From a virus, in the IMG/VR virus record IMGVR_UViG_3300032046_000019, positions 5,321 to 69,320 of that record: a stretch of 64,000 nt of DNA; one strand, written 5' to 3'. This document shows, one piece after another, positions 28,715-38,867 of the stretch. Under the pieces are notes generated by a model that was given only the letters and a program-made list of their open reading frames with translations, ran no database searches and was not told where the DNA came from. The stretch's first letter is position 1. Each line of letters begins with the position of its first letter. A program made the translations under genes and the position numbers.

Positions 28715-28908
28715 TTTGTATTATTTGTTTTCAAGAGTTCGGAAATTAATTGTTTTATTTCTAATAAAAGAATTTCACTATGTTCTTGTTTTTTTCTACA
28801 CTCACAAGTAAACATAGGAGGTGGCAAGCCAAGACCTATGTGAATTTCTGGAATAAAAATAGGCGCTCCACACTTTGGACAAGAACTTGTTATAGTGTAG
28901 CCTAACAT
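28711..28908 (-). CDS. small zinc-ribbon protein
   Basis: CPKCGAPI...TCEC. Confidence 0.7.
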   Translation of the reverse strand: MLGYTITSSCPKCGAPIFIPEIHIGLGLPPPMFTCECRKKQEHSEILLLEIKQLISELLKTNNTK

Positions 28909-28932
28909 TTAATTAATTAAACCCCTTTAAAT

Positions 28933-29547
28933 TTACTCAAATTTATATTTCATATCTACAGTAACGTTAAATTCTGGTATTTTAATAAAATTAGCTATAT
29001 TGTGTTTTAGTGCTTCTTCAGCAGTAAAATATAAGTCACAATGATTGTTTTTAATTAAAAGCTGTTTAAAATATTTTTTTGGTTTCCCGCAATTTTCTGC
29101 TAGCATTTCTAGAGATTTTTCGTTTATCTTTTCTAGTTGGTCTGCTGCTGTACGAGCTTCATGTGGGTTTCCAACCGAATCTGATTCTTGTGTAGCATGA
29201 TGTATCATAACAGTTGAATTAGGAGAAATATATCTATAGCCTTCTGTTCCACAAGAAAATAAAACGCTTCCTGCACTCATTACTTTACCACAAACAATAG
29301 TTGCTATGGGCACTTTGCATGTTTTTAATATATCAATCATAGAAAACATTGCATAAACATCTCCTCCAAAAGAATCAATTACTATAGGAATTATCTCTTG
29401 TTCGTTGTTTTGAGCAGCGATAATCGCCTCAGAAAAAGCAAATGCTGTTTCCTCTGAAATTTCTCCTCTGACTTGTATGATGTTTGGTAACGCTAATTCT
29501 GGATTTGCTAATTTAATCTTGGGATTGATATTAAAGTTATATTTCAT
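28933..29547 (-). CDS. clpP: ClpP-family protease subunit
   Basis: IDSFGGDV, MSAG (Ser), MIHH (His), DLYFTAEEAL (Asp). Confidence 0.9.
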   Translation of the reverse strand: MKYNFNINPKIKLANPELALPNIIQVRGEISEETAFAFSEAIIAAQNNEQEIIPIVIDSFGGDVYAMFSMIDILKTCKVPIATIVCGKVMSAGSVLFSCGTEGYRYISPNSTVMIHHATQESDSVGNPHEARTAADQLEKINEKSLEMLAENCGKPKKYFKQLLIKNNHCDLYFTAEEALKHNIANFIKIPEFNVTVDMKYKFE

Positions 29548-29580
29548 GCGTATTAATGATAACTATTGTGTTTTATCACT

Positions 29581-30192
29581 TTAAGCTAAACTTTTAAAAT
29601 TCTTTAATATTTCTATTGTAAGATAAACATCTTTTTTTGCTGAGTGAATGCCTTTAGTATCTATTTTAAATAATTTTGAGAGATTTTCAAGTGAAATTTC
29701 AAAATCTTCTGGTAGTTTCCCTATTATTTTATAATATTGTGCTATTGTTGCTGTATCCACAGGAGCTTTACTTTTTAAAACAATAAATGGATCCAATTGT
29801 TTTCTTATATCATCTAAAACAAACATATTATCAAATGCAACATTGTGTCCACCTATAATAATCTCTGTGTTTTTTGAATTTAAATAAATACCTGCTGTAT
29901 CACTATCTTCTATTAAAAAATAGCTTTCAAAAAATTTTTTCATTTTATCCAAAAACCAATCATAAGTAATTGTATTTTTGTTTTGACAATGTTTTACAAT
30001 ATCTATTTTATTATATTGTAAAGCATTTACATCTATTAAAATACTCCCCGAGTTTGGTTTTATATTGAATTCTGGTGTTTCTTTTATTATATTTAGATTT
30101 TTATCTAATAAACATCCATAATATTTTAAAACTGCGTGCGATGTTGTTAGCCCAGATGTTTCGCAATCGTGAAAATAGTAATATTTATTCAT
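29581..30192 (-). CDS. DEDDh 3'-5' exonuclease (DnaQ-like)
   Basis: DCETSGL, GHNVAFD, VDT, HSAKKDV. Confidence 0.9.
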   Translation of the reverse strand: MNKYYYFHDCETSGLTTSHAVLKYYGCLLDKNLNIIKETPEFNIKPNSGSILIDVNALQYNKIDIVKHCQNKNTITYDWFLDKMKKFFESYFLIEDSDTAGIYLNSKNTEIIIGGHNVAFDNMFVLDDIRKQLDPFIVLKSKAPVDTATIAQYYKIIGKLPEDFEISLENLSKLFKIDTKGIHSAKKDVYLTIEILKNFKSLA

Positions 30193-30252
30193 ATCAACAT
30201 AGTACAATGAGAGTAAAACATAATAAACTATCTGGTGGAAATACTTATTTCT

Positions 30253-31584
30253 ATGAAAAAGAAACAAAAACATTTAAAATCAGAAGGTCAAAATGATATT
30301 GGAAATTTCAGCGGTGCTGCTAGTTTTCAAGGAAGTGCCCATGGCAAAAATGGCAATTATGGCTTGGGAGGGAAAAAACAACTAGCAAAACCCTCAGATG
30401 AAGAAACAATTTCGGAACGTTCTCCTTCGGATGGTTTTTACCGAGATTTGCCTGGATTTCCCGAAATGAATTCTTTGCAAAATAAACAAGTAATGGTTCC
30501 TCGTGACCCAAACGAAGATGAAATTAATGATCGTCTTGGTCCTACTATAGATGGACAACCAATAGACGGTGTAGATACTTGGAAGTCAACGACCCCTTCT
30601 AAAATGGGAACCGCTATATATAAAACAAATTCAATACTTGCTAAAAAACAATTTGTACCAAAAGATATTCAAGCCGAAAATACTATACCAGAGAGTGCAG
30701 GACCATCTGGCGTTGGTAGTCTAGGCTCTACAACTTGGAGTTCTTCTAAAAATGCTTTAGTAAAACCAAAAGATTTTTTTCAAGAATTAGAAGATTATAA
30801 AAACGGAGATATAAATGCAAAAAATCCCGTAGGAACAAAAGGAGTAATAGTTAGACCAACAACGCATGTACCCGACAATGGAGATGGTAAAGATGTTAAA
30901 TTCAAAGAAAACAAGATAAATAAAATGAAATTTTTAAAAGAAATGATTGATTTATTAGTAGAAGAACTGTTATCAGAAGAAGACTTAGACGAGGCTCCTC
31001 AAAATGTACAGGCTATAATTCCTGGATTTCTCCCAGTTGGTCAATTTATAAAAGATACGGCCTATTTAGACCAATTACACAAACAAGCATTAAAGATTGC
31101 TGATCCGAATCAAACATACCCAAATAGATATAAAGAGGCTCTGGACAATTTGAAAAAAGAACTTGAAGCAGCAAATATACCTCAGCCAATGATAAAAACT
31201 ATTATAGATCAGACTGATGCTGCTAGGCAAGAGAATATAGAAACAGACAAAAAACGAGCAGCAGGAATTTTAAGTAAACCAATTGCTGTGCAAGGAAAAG
31301 AACAGCAAAGAAATAAAGATGTTCCGAAACCACTTGAAGATACTGTTGTAAAACCTAATATTGATGAGATGAGATTGCTTAAAGACTATTATGAACAATT
31401 ACAACAAGCTTCACCTAATATGAAAAATCAAATTGAGCAATCTATTATTACTCAAATAAAACAACTTGGTATAAATAAAGTTAAAAATTGGGTTGGTAGC
31501 GATGTTTATAACTCTTTTATTGGTGGTAAAAATATACCACCTGCAACCGCATATTATAAAGATTTACTAACTAAAATAAAATAA
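30253..31584 (+). CDS. hypothetical late protein with internal leader-like motif
   Basis: low-complexity N-half; internal MKFLKEMIDLLVEELLSEEDLDE-A; ATACTTA 5 nt before ATG. Confidence 0.75.
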   Translation: MKKKQKHLKSEGQNDIGNFSGAASFQGSAHGKNGNYGLGGKKQLAKPSDEETISERSPSDGFYRDLPGFPEMNSLQNKQVMVPRDPNEDEINDRLGPTIDGQPIDGVDTWKSTTPSKMGTAIYKTNSILAKKQFVPKDIQAENTIPESAGPSGVGSLGSTTWSSSKNALVKPKDFFQELEDYKNGDINAKNPVGTKGVIVRPTTHVPDNGDGKDVKFKENKINKMKFLKEMIDLLVEELLSEEDLDEAPQNVQAIIPGFLPVGQFIKDTAYLDQLHKQALKIADPNQTYPNRYKEALDNLKKELEAANIPQPMIKTIIDQTDAARQENIETDKKRAAGILSKPIAVQGKEQQRNKDVPKPLEDTVVKPNIDEMRLLKDYYEQLQQASPNMKNQIEQSIITQIKQLGINKVKNWVGSDVYNSFIGGKNIPPATAYYKDLLTKIK

Positions 31585-31604
31585 AATTTAAAGGAACATA
31601 AAAT

Positions 31605-32147
31605 ATGGAAGATTGGCAAAAAAAATATTATTCAAATAAAATGAACGGGGTTCCTATGCCTCACGAACAGCCTCAACCAGTTATAACACAAAGACATAGT
31701 TCACCTTCAAATGGAGAAATAAATCTTGAAAATGAATTAATGAGTAGGCTTGCTGGTAAAATGCAAAATTCAAATGGTAATCAAAATGGATTTATGCCGC
31801 CAGGGTTTGTTTCAAATAACAATAATGGCCCCAAACAAGTTGAACTAAAAATAGGCAAGCCTTTTTATAGGGAAATACAAACAGGGGGATTTGGTAGTGT
31901 GACGCCGCTTGTTAAAGAAAGTGGCACTATTTTAGAAAATATATCAAAAAATGTTTTTTATAAAAAAGAAAAAAGAGCCTTTATTGTTGATAATACAAAT
32001 TCTATTGATCTTGGCAACATAGCAAATCATCCTGAAAAGATAATTGACTTATGTGAGATAGAAATTCCATTTGTTGGAAAAATTTTAGTAACCAGGGATT
32101 CCATTATAGAATCTCACTCTTCAGCAAAACAATTATTAAAAGGCTGA
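31605..32147 (+). CDS. hypothetical protein
   Basis: 180 aa; AAGGA SD. Confidence 0.75.
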   Translation: MEDWQKKYYSNKMNGVPMPHEQPQPVITQRHSSPSNGEINLENELMSRLAGKMQNSNGNQNGFMPPGFVSNNNNGPKQVELKIGKPFYREIQTGGFGSVTPLVKESGTILENISKNVFYKKEKRAFIVDNTNSIDLGNIANHPEKIIDLCEIEIPFVGKILVTRDSIIESHSSAKQLLKG

Positions 32148-32189
32148 TAAACAATTAATTAATTACTGACATGTTAAACAAGGTGGTTC

Positions 32190-33002
32190 GTGCCAATAAT
32201 ATATCCGAGCGGATTAGATACATTTAATAACCCAAGTCCAAGTGATCACTTGGATGATCCGCTTGTATTACATCATCAACAACATAGCGACATAAATGAT
32301 GCCGTAGTTGAAATCGAAGACTGGATTGGGGTTTCTGGTTCTTTAGTTCCTTATACTATAGAATTTAGATTACATAATACTTCCCTTGGACATAATCACG
32401 ATGGTTATAATTCTAGGCCAGTTGCTCTTGGTCCACCCCAGTTTGGTTCAGGACCAACATATCCTATTGGATATTATTCTGATTTTACAAATACTACAAG
32501 AGTTGGTAGTGCTGTTGATAGATTAAATCAAGCATTATTAACTATTACATCGGGTTCTTCAACAACTTTTCAATATAATGGAATTGTTATAAATCCTAGT
32601 GGAACTACTATTGTTAATATTTCTGGTAGTTCTGAAACTGTTGTTGCTTTTGGTAGTGGAAGTACAATAACCTATTTTTTCTCAGAATCTTTAAAAGAAA
32701 CATCTAGAAAATTAATTTTATTAGCTGATGGCGGGCCATTTGAGGGTTATGCAACTGGTGCATTTAGAACTATTGGTTATGAGGCAAATAAAATATTTGC
32801 TACCGAGTCTATCTGGTTTACTGATTCATCTATGACATCAAAAATCGTATCAGAGAAAATAACATATGGCCCAAAAAGAACAGTTTCAGTACGAGAATGG
32901 AAAGCTTACGCGACAGATGGTTCTACTGTTTTGAGTACAGTAACAGATAACATCTATTATAGAAGTGTTTTTGAAGTTAGCAGATCTAGAACTATTTTAT
33001 AG
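32190..33002 (+). CDS. putative virion structural protein
   Basis: YPSGLDTF...H...INDAVVEIE, HNHDG; SGS-rich. Confidence 0.7.
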   Translation: MPIIYPSGLDTFNNPSPSDHLDDPLVLHHQQHSDINDAVVEIEDWIGVSGSLVPYTIEFRLHNTSLGHNHDGYNSRPVALGPPQFGSGPTYPIGYYSDFTNTTRVGSAVDRLNQALLTITSGSSTTFQYNGIVINPSGTTIVNISGSSETVVAFGSGSTITYFFSESLKETSRKLILLADGGPFEGYATGAFRTIGYEANKIFATESIWFTDSSMTSKIVSEKITYGPKRTVSVREWKAYATDGSTVLSTVTDNIYYRSVFEVSRSRTIL

Positions 33003-33058
33003 TTTTCGAGTAATATGTTATAGAATTATACTTAAATTAACGACAGGAGAAGTAATAT

Positions 33059-33745
33059 ATGGGTTTAGAATCACCAATTAGCACACTATTTGATAGCAAT
33101 GGAACAGAAATGGCTTATTCGCAAAGCCAAGCAATTACTACTGGTACTACAACTGGCTATCTAGTGATGGGTTCTGGTTCAAATGGAGCCACATTTATTA
33201 AAATGGGTCCAAGTGGTGAAGTTTTCATCACAGGCTCGATTGATGCAGTTGCAGCAGGTGTTCAATCTATTACTGGAACAGTAAACATTGGTAATCAGTG
33301 GGCATTTACAACCGGGTCCAATAATGCCTTAACAGTCAATCAAGGACAATCAGGTTCTATTGGTCAAAGCTGGTTTGTTAGTGTTACAGATGGCACCAAG
33401 GTTTTAGGAACTGGCTCATCTGCTCCATTGTATGTTAATGTAGTAAATTCCATAACATCCTCAACGACTTCAACTACTACTGTTGTTTCACAAGTATTAG
33501 CTTGGACTGGCTCTTATGCAATGTTAGCCTCAAATACAGCAAGAAAAGGTGTTTCAATAAGTAAAGAAGGTGCTGGATGGGCTTATGTATTGTTTGGTTC
33601 GGGTACACCTTCTGATGTTTTATTTTCTGTGAAATTGGCCAATAATTCTTTTTATGAAGTTCCATTTAATTATACTGGGCCTATAAAAGTGTCTTTTTCA
33701 AACAATGTTGCAACTAGTTTTATATTAGTAACAGATTTTAGCTGA
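33059..33745 (+). CDS. putative virion structural protein
   Basis: S/T/G-rich; C-terminal ASNTARKG...YEVPFNYTGPI beta domain. Confidence 0.7.
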   Translation: MGLESPISTLFDSNGTEMAYSQSQAITTGTTTGYLVMGSGSNGATFIKMGPSGEVFITGSIDAVAAGVQSITGTVNIGNQWAFTTGSNNALTVNQGQSGSIGQSWFVSVTDGTKVLGTGSSAPLYVNVVNSITSSTTSTTTVVSQVLAWTGSYAMLASNTARKGVSISKEGAGWAYVLFGSGTPSDVLFSVKLANNSFYEVPFNYTGPIKVSFSNNVATSFILVTDFS

Positions 33746-33773
33746 TAAATTAAATGTTTAATATAAACTAAAG

Positions 33774-33800
33774 AAAGACACTAATTATTAGTGTCTTTTT
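33774..33800 (+). terminator. intrinsic terminator-like hairpin
   Basis: AAAGACACTAA-tta-TTAGTGTCTTT plus T run. Confidence 0.65.
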
Positions 33801-33812
33801 AATTAAAATACT

Positions 33813-34202
33813 ATGCCTTTAACTCAAGATTTAAATGAATTTATACCATTATTAATTGGCTTGTCTGGTTCTTCTGGATTTAGCAATAATACTAGCAGTG
33901 TTGTTTTGGTAAGCTATCCAACAACTACAACCGCATTTAGATTAATTGAGCCAAAAAACATGTCTATAATAAACACTGACACAACTAGTTCAATGTTTAT
34001 TACAGTAATTTCTGATAGTGTCGGAGAAAAATATGTTGATAGAGTTATTCTAGATCCTGGAGATAAATGGTTTTTGGACACAAAAGTTATATTACCAAAT
34101 AATGACTCACAATTTATTTTAAAATTATCTTCCAGTGTTCAAACAAATCAACTTGTTTGGAATGTATCTTATAACGAAATAGATAAAGGAAATCTATTAT
34201 GA
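33813..34202 (+). CDS. putative virion protein
   Basis: 129-aa beta-rich ORF in structural operon. Confidence 0.65.
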   Translation: MPLTQDLNEFIPLLIGLSGSSGFSNNTSSVVLVSYPTTTTAFRLIEPKNMSIINTDTTSSMFITVISDSVGEKYVDRVILDPGDKWFLDTKVILPNNDSQFILKLSSSVQTNQLVWNVSYNEIDKGNLL

Positions 34203-34933
34203 GTGCATTTGATAAAAATGGAAGATTTAAAGTCCATGTTGATGGTGTTGGTTCGGGTATAACCGTTGTTAATAATATTACAACTTCAATAAATAATATT
34301 GAAGTCCAAAACAATGATGTTTCTATTTTACCTACTACAACAATATTTGATTTTAATAATAGTTTTCAAGTAACAACTCCAATAACAAACAAAGTTGTTA
34401 TTAGTGCTTCTTTTGGTTCAAATATACAAACAATAAGTTCAAGTAATGCCCCTGGAACATCTTTGTTGTTTGCCAGAGAGGACCACATCCATAAACAGAA
34501 TCTTGGTTTTATTTTTGAGGCATATCAAACTTCTTCACAGCCAGTTTCTTCTTCTCCATCATATAATAATGTTTCATTTGATTCTACACGAACAAACAAT
34601 GATATATATTCAATTAATTCTCTAAGGAACACTCTTACTTTTATCTCTGCTGGTATCTATGAAATAGATTACAGAGTATCTATTGATGATACAAATAACA
34701 ACAAAGCACAAAGTTTATGTGCGGTTTTACTAAACGGAAATCAAGTTTCAGGTTCTTTTTCTTATGGATTTCATTCAAATGCTGGACAAGGTATAATTAC
34801 AAACGTTGGGCATATTACTTTAAATATAAGTGCTAGTTCCACAATAAATATTGTTGTACAAAAACAATCTGGTGGTGGAAATTTAGTTACTGTTCCAAAC
34901 GGAACTAACCTACTAATTACAAGATGGGTATAA
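34199..34933 (+). CDS. fibre-associated protein with C1q/BclA-like C-terminal domain
   Basis: AREDHIH motif; FEAY...VSFD...AGIYEIDYRV...NLLITR. Confidence 0.7.
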   Translation: MSAFDKNGRFKVHVDGVGSGITVVNNITTSINNIEVQNNDVSILPTTTIFDFNNSFQVTTPITNKVVISASFGSNIQTISSSNAPGTSLLFAREDHIHKQNLGFIFEAYQTSSQPVSSSPSYNNVSFDSTRTNNDIYSINSLRNTLTFISAGIYEIDYRVSIDDTNNNKAQSLCAVLLNGNQVSGSFSYGFHSNAGQGIITNVGHITLNISASSTINIVVQKQSGGGNLVTVPNGTNLLITRWV

Positions 34934-34938
34934 AATAA

Positions 34939-37900
34939 ATGCCAATTTCTACATATACATATCCTTTTACAAGCTTTCCAAATACTATAATAGCAAAAGA
35001 TGCTTTATATGATGAAGTTAATAGTAGTTCAATAACAATTGCACTACAATCAATTGATAATGACTTGACTGATGTTTTCTTTAATTTTAAAGCAGCTCTT
35101 TCTGGGGCGGAAGTTATTGTTTTAAATGCGATTGTAGCCGCACATCAAGGAATACCATTAACTGACACAATTACTGTAATTCAGGGTTCCTCTGGGAGTA
35201 TTCCTTGGCCAGTTATGATTCCTTCTGGTTCAATTACATATGTTACACAAACTTCAGGAAGTGTTTTTTCAATAACTGGAACAGTTCATTTAGATAATTC
35301 AATATTAACTACAACTGGTTCTGTAACAGTCAATAATTTCCCAGTTACACAATCAGTTAAAATTGATCAAACAATCACTTTGCCGGTTTCCCTAAGTAAT
35401 ACACCTCTTGTAACAATAACTAATCCAGTAACAACTGCTAGTATTTCTAATTTACCAGTTACACAAAGTGTTTTTGTTGGTTCTTCTATAACTCTTCCAG
35501 TATCTGTTTCAAATACTGTTTCTGTGACTGGTAGTCTCTCAGCCTTAGTTACTTTCCCAAGTATTCAAAACGTTTCTGTTGTTTCTTCCTCGGTAACACA
35601 AAGTATCACGGGTTCTGTTTCAATTAACAATTTACCAGTCACTCAATCAGTGTTTCTTGGTGGTTCCTCTATAACTCTACCAGTGTCACTAAGTAATACA
35701 CCTCTTGTAACGATCACAAATCCCGTAACAACGGCTTCAATATCAAATTTACCTCTTACTCAATCAGTAAAAATTGACCAAACAATCACGCTTCCAGTTT
35801 CTATTTCTAATACTCCAATTATAACAGGTTCTGTAACTATTAATAATCCTACAGTGCTACCCATAACTCAATCGGTGTTTATTGGAGGCTCTGGTATAAT
35901 TTTCAATGTATCAATGAGTAATACTCCAATTGTGACTATAAGCAATCCAGTCACAACAGCAAGTATTTCCAATCTTCCATTAACTCAAAGCGTTAAGATT
36001 GATCAAAGTATTTCTTTGCCTGTGTCTTTGAGTAATACTCCTTTTGTAACAATAACTAATCCAGTAACAACTGCTAGTATTTCAAATTTACCAGTTACAC
36101 AAAGCATCTTTGTGGGCGGCACTGCAATTACTCTACCAGTTTCTGTTTCTAACACAGTAACCGTCACTGGTTCGGTTACTACAACATTAACATTACCAAC
36201 AACTCAAAGCTTCAAATTAGTTGATATTGGAACCGATGTTACACAAAGTATTACTGGTTCTGTTTTTGTGATAAATCAACCAGTTACACAAAGTGTATTT
36301 ATTGGAGGTTCAGGGATAACATTTGCTGTCTCGATGAGTAATACTCCACTTGTAACAATCACAAACCCTGTAACAACTGCGTCTATCTCTAATTTGCCTC
36401 TTACTCAGAGTGTTAAAATTGATCAAACAATCACACTTCCAGTTTCTGTTTCTAATACAGTAACCGTCACTGGCTCAGTCGCCACAACTATTGTGTTGCC
36501 TGCAACTCAAAGTTTCAAACTTGTTGATGTTGGAACCAACATAACCCAAAGTATTACTGGTTCTGTTTTTGTAATCAATCTTCCAACAACTCAATCGGTA
36601 AAAATAGACCAAACAATTACTTTGCCAGTTTCATTGAGTAATACTCCACTTGTAACAATCACAAACCCTGTAACAACTGCTAGTATTTCTAATCTTCCAT
36701 TAACACAAAGTGTAAAAATTGATCAAAGTATTACATTGCCAGTTTCTGTTTCTAATACTGTGACTGTTACTGGTTCTGTAGCCACAACAATAGTTTTTCC
36801 AACAACTCAAAGTTTCAAACTTGTTGATGTCGGTACAAATATTACTCAATCAATCACTGGTTCTGTTTTTATAATAAATCTTCCAACAACTCAATCCGTA
36901 TTCCTTGGAGGTTCTAATACAATATTAGGAATTTCAATGAGCAATACTCCTTTTGTAACAATTACAAATCCAGTCTTGACTGCATCTATTTCAAATTTAC
37001 CTCTTACTCAGAGTGTTAAAATTGATCAAACAATTACTCTGCCTGTTTCTTTAAGTAATACTCCGCTTGTAACAATAACAAATCCTGTATTAACTGCCAG
37101 TATTTCTAATTTACCTTTAACTCAATCAGTAAAAATTGATCAGTCAATTACTTTACCTGTATCTGTTTCAAACACCGTTACTGTTACTGGTTCGGTTTTA
37201 ACAACAGTTGTCTTTCCTGCGACCCAAAGTATGAAATTGGTTGATATTGGAACCGATGTTACACAAAGTATTACTGGTTCTGTTTTTGTAATTAATTTCC
37301 CAACAACACAATCAGTTTTTCTTGGTGGTTCTGCCATTGCATTAAATGTATCAATGAGCAATACTCCTTTTGTAACAATCACAAACCCTGTTACAACTGC
37401 TAGTATTTCAAATCTTCCATTAACTCAATCAGTAAAAATAGATCAAAGTATTACATTACCCGTTTCAATCAGTAATCAAATAATAACTCAAAGTGTTTAT
37501 TTGGCTTCAGGTAGTTCAGGATTTAACAACACAAGTCCATTGTGGATCACTGGTTCTGTGACCACGGGTGGTTCTAGTGGAGGAACTGTTATTCAAGGAG
37601 CCTCTGGTAGCCTTCCGTGGAAAATAGAAATAATTCAAAGCGGTTCTGCCATCTCGGATATAAATGCATTATATGTTAGACCTACACGTTATAATGCGAC
37701 AAGTTTTGGACAAACAAGAACGGTTAGCCCATATACTCTTGTTGACAATGTAAACAAGTATGGATTTGATTCAATTGAATACAGTACTAGTTCTGTTGGT
37801 TCTGGTACTCTGGCCAATGTATTAAGTGAAAGTGCTATGCGTCTTACTGTTGGAACTGGTTCAACTGACAAGATTACTCTACGTTCCAATACATATTATA

Positions 37901-38865
37901 GATATCAAGCGGGTAAGGAGCAAATTATTAAAATTTCTGCTTATAACGCGGATACTGGTAAAACAAATCAAATTCGTACATGGGGATATGGAGATGACAA
38001 TGATGGTCTATTTTACTGTGTCTCTGGTACAAATTTTGGTGTATTAAGAAAATCTAGTACATCAGGTATTGTTGTTGAAACATTTACCACACAATCATCT
38101 TTCAATATAGATAAACTTGATGGAACAGGAGCTTCGGGTCTTATTCTTGATGTTACTAAAGCAAATATATATGAAACTCATTTTCAGTGGCTTGGAGTTG
38201 GATATGTTGGAATGTATGTTAATAGTATAGCAGCTCATGTATTTAATTTTCCAAATACATTAACTGTTCCATATATGAAGACAGCAACCCTTCCATTACA
38301 GTTTGAAGTAAAAAATAATGGTGTTTCAATATCAAGTGGATTTACTTATATATGTTCTGCTGTTGAAAGTGATGGAGGCACAAAACCACCAGAATTTACA
38401 TTTGGTGCATATACACCATCTGATCTTACAATTGGAACAACTGATGCTTCACTTATAGCTATTCGACCAGGTACTGCATTTAGAAGCGTAGAGAATAGAA
38501 CAATCGTCATACCAACAAAACTAAATATTTCAACTGAGGGTTCTAGGGCTTCATATAAAGTTATTCTTAATCCAACAATCACTGGGACACCTTTGTGGAT
38601 TTCTGCAAGTTCAAACAATTCTTCGGTCGAATATACAACATCGTCTTTGGCATATTCAGGTGGAGAGGTGTTATTTAGAGGTTTCCTACCTAATTCAAAT
38701 GATTCTCAACAGCTTGATTTTGCGGATTTTTTCCAAGACAATGGCCGCAAATTAAGATTAAGTGCTTTCGCAACTTCTCAAGATGTTTTATTGATTGTGG
38801 GACAAGATGAAGCAGCAGGAAGTACGATTATGCGTACCTCAATTAATTGGAAGGAAATAAGATAA
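34939..38865 (+). CDS. long Ser/Thr/Val/Pro-repeat fibre-like virion protein
   Basis: ~700 aa of modular repeats; C-terminal beta-sandwich (YYRYQAGKEQ, FQWLGVG, TATLPL). Confidence 0.85.
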   Translation: MPISTYTYPFTSFPNTIIAKDALYDEVNSSSITIALQSIDNDLTDVFFNFKAALSGAEVIVLNAIVAAHQGIPLTDTITVIQGSSGSIPWPVMIPSGSITYVTQTSGSVFSITGTVHLDNSILTTTGSVTVNNFPVTQSVKIDQTITLPVSLSNTPLVTITNPVTTASISNLPVTQSVFVGSSITLPVSVSNTVSVTGSLSALVTFPSIQNVSVVSSSVTQSITGSVSINNLPVTQSVFLGGSSITLPVSLSNTPLVTITNPVTTASISNLPLTQSVKIDQTITLPVSISNTPIITGSVTINNPTVLPITQSVFIGGSGIIFNVSMSNTPIVTISNPVTTASISNLPLTQSVKIDQSISLPVSLSNTPFVTITNPVTTASISNLPVTQSIFVGGTAITLPVSVSNTVTVTGSVTTTLTLPTTQSFKLVDIGTDVTQSITGSVFVINQPVTQSVFIGGSGITFAVSMSNTPLVTITNPVTTASISNLPLTQSVKIDQTITLPVSVSNTVTVTGSVATTIVLPATQSFKLVDVGTNITQSITGSVFVINLPTTQSVKIDQTITLPVSLSNTPLVTITNPVTTASISNLPLTQSVKIDQSITLPVSVSNTVTVTGSVATTIVFPTTQSFKLVDVGTNITQSITGSVFIINLPTTQSVFLGGSNTILGISMSNTPFVTITNPVLTASISNLPLTQSVKIDQTITLPVSLSNTPLVTITNPVLTASISNLPLTQSVKIDQSITLPVSVSNTVTVTGSVLTTVVFPATQSMKLVDIGTDVTQSITGSVFVINFPTTQSVFLGGSAIALNVSMSNTPFVTITNPVTTASISNLPLTQSVKIDQSITLPVSISNQIITQSVYLASGSSGFNNTSPLWITGSVTTGGSSGGTVIQGASGSLPWKIEIIQSGSAISDINALYVRPTRYNATSFGQTRTVSPYTLVDNVNKYGFDSIEYSTSSVGSGTLANVLSESAMRLTVGTGSTDKITLRSNTYYRYQAGKEQIIKISAYNADTGKTNQIRTWGYGDDNDGLFYCVSGTNFGVLRKSSTSGIVVETFTTQSSFNIDKLDGTGASGLILDVTKANIYETHFQWLGVGYVGMYVNSIAAHVFNFPNTLTVPYMKTATLPLQFEVKNNGVSISSGFTYICSAVESDGGTKPPEFTFGAYTPSDLTIGTTDASLIAIRPGTAFRSVENRTIVIPTKLNISTEGSRASYKVILNPTITGTPLWISASSNNSSVEYTTSSLAYSGGEVLFRGFLPNSNDSQQLDFADFFQDNGRKLRLSAFATSQDVLLIVGQDEAAGSTIMRTSINWKEIR
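35330..37500 (+). repeat. intragenic modular tandem repeats
   Basis: about 9 copies of SNTPxVTITNPVTTASISNLPxTQS interleaved with KIDQxITLPVS, FxGGS and TQSFKLVD modules. Confidence 0.9.
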
Positions 38866-38867
38866 TC

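Noticed and set aside
35330-37500. Non-coding repeat array
   Set aside because: Variation is mostly synonymous within one open frame, so these are protein repeats.
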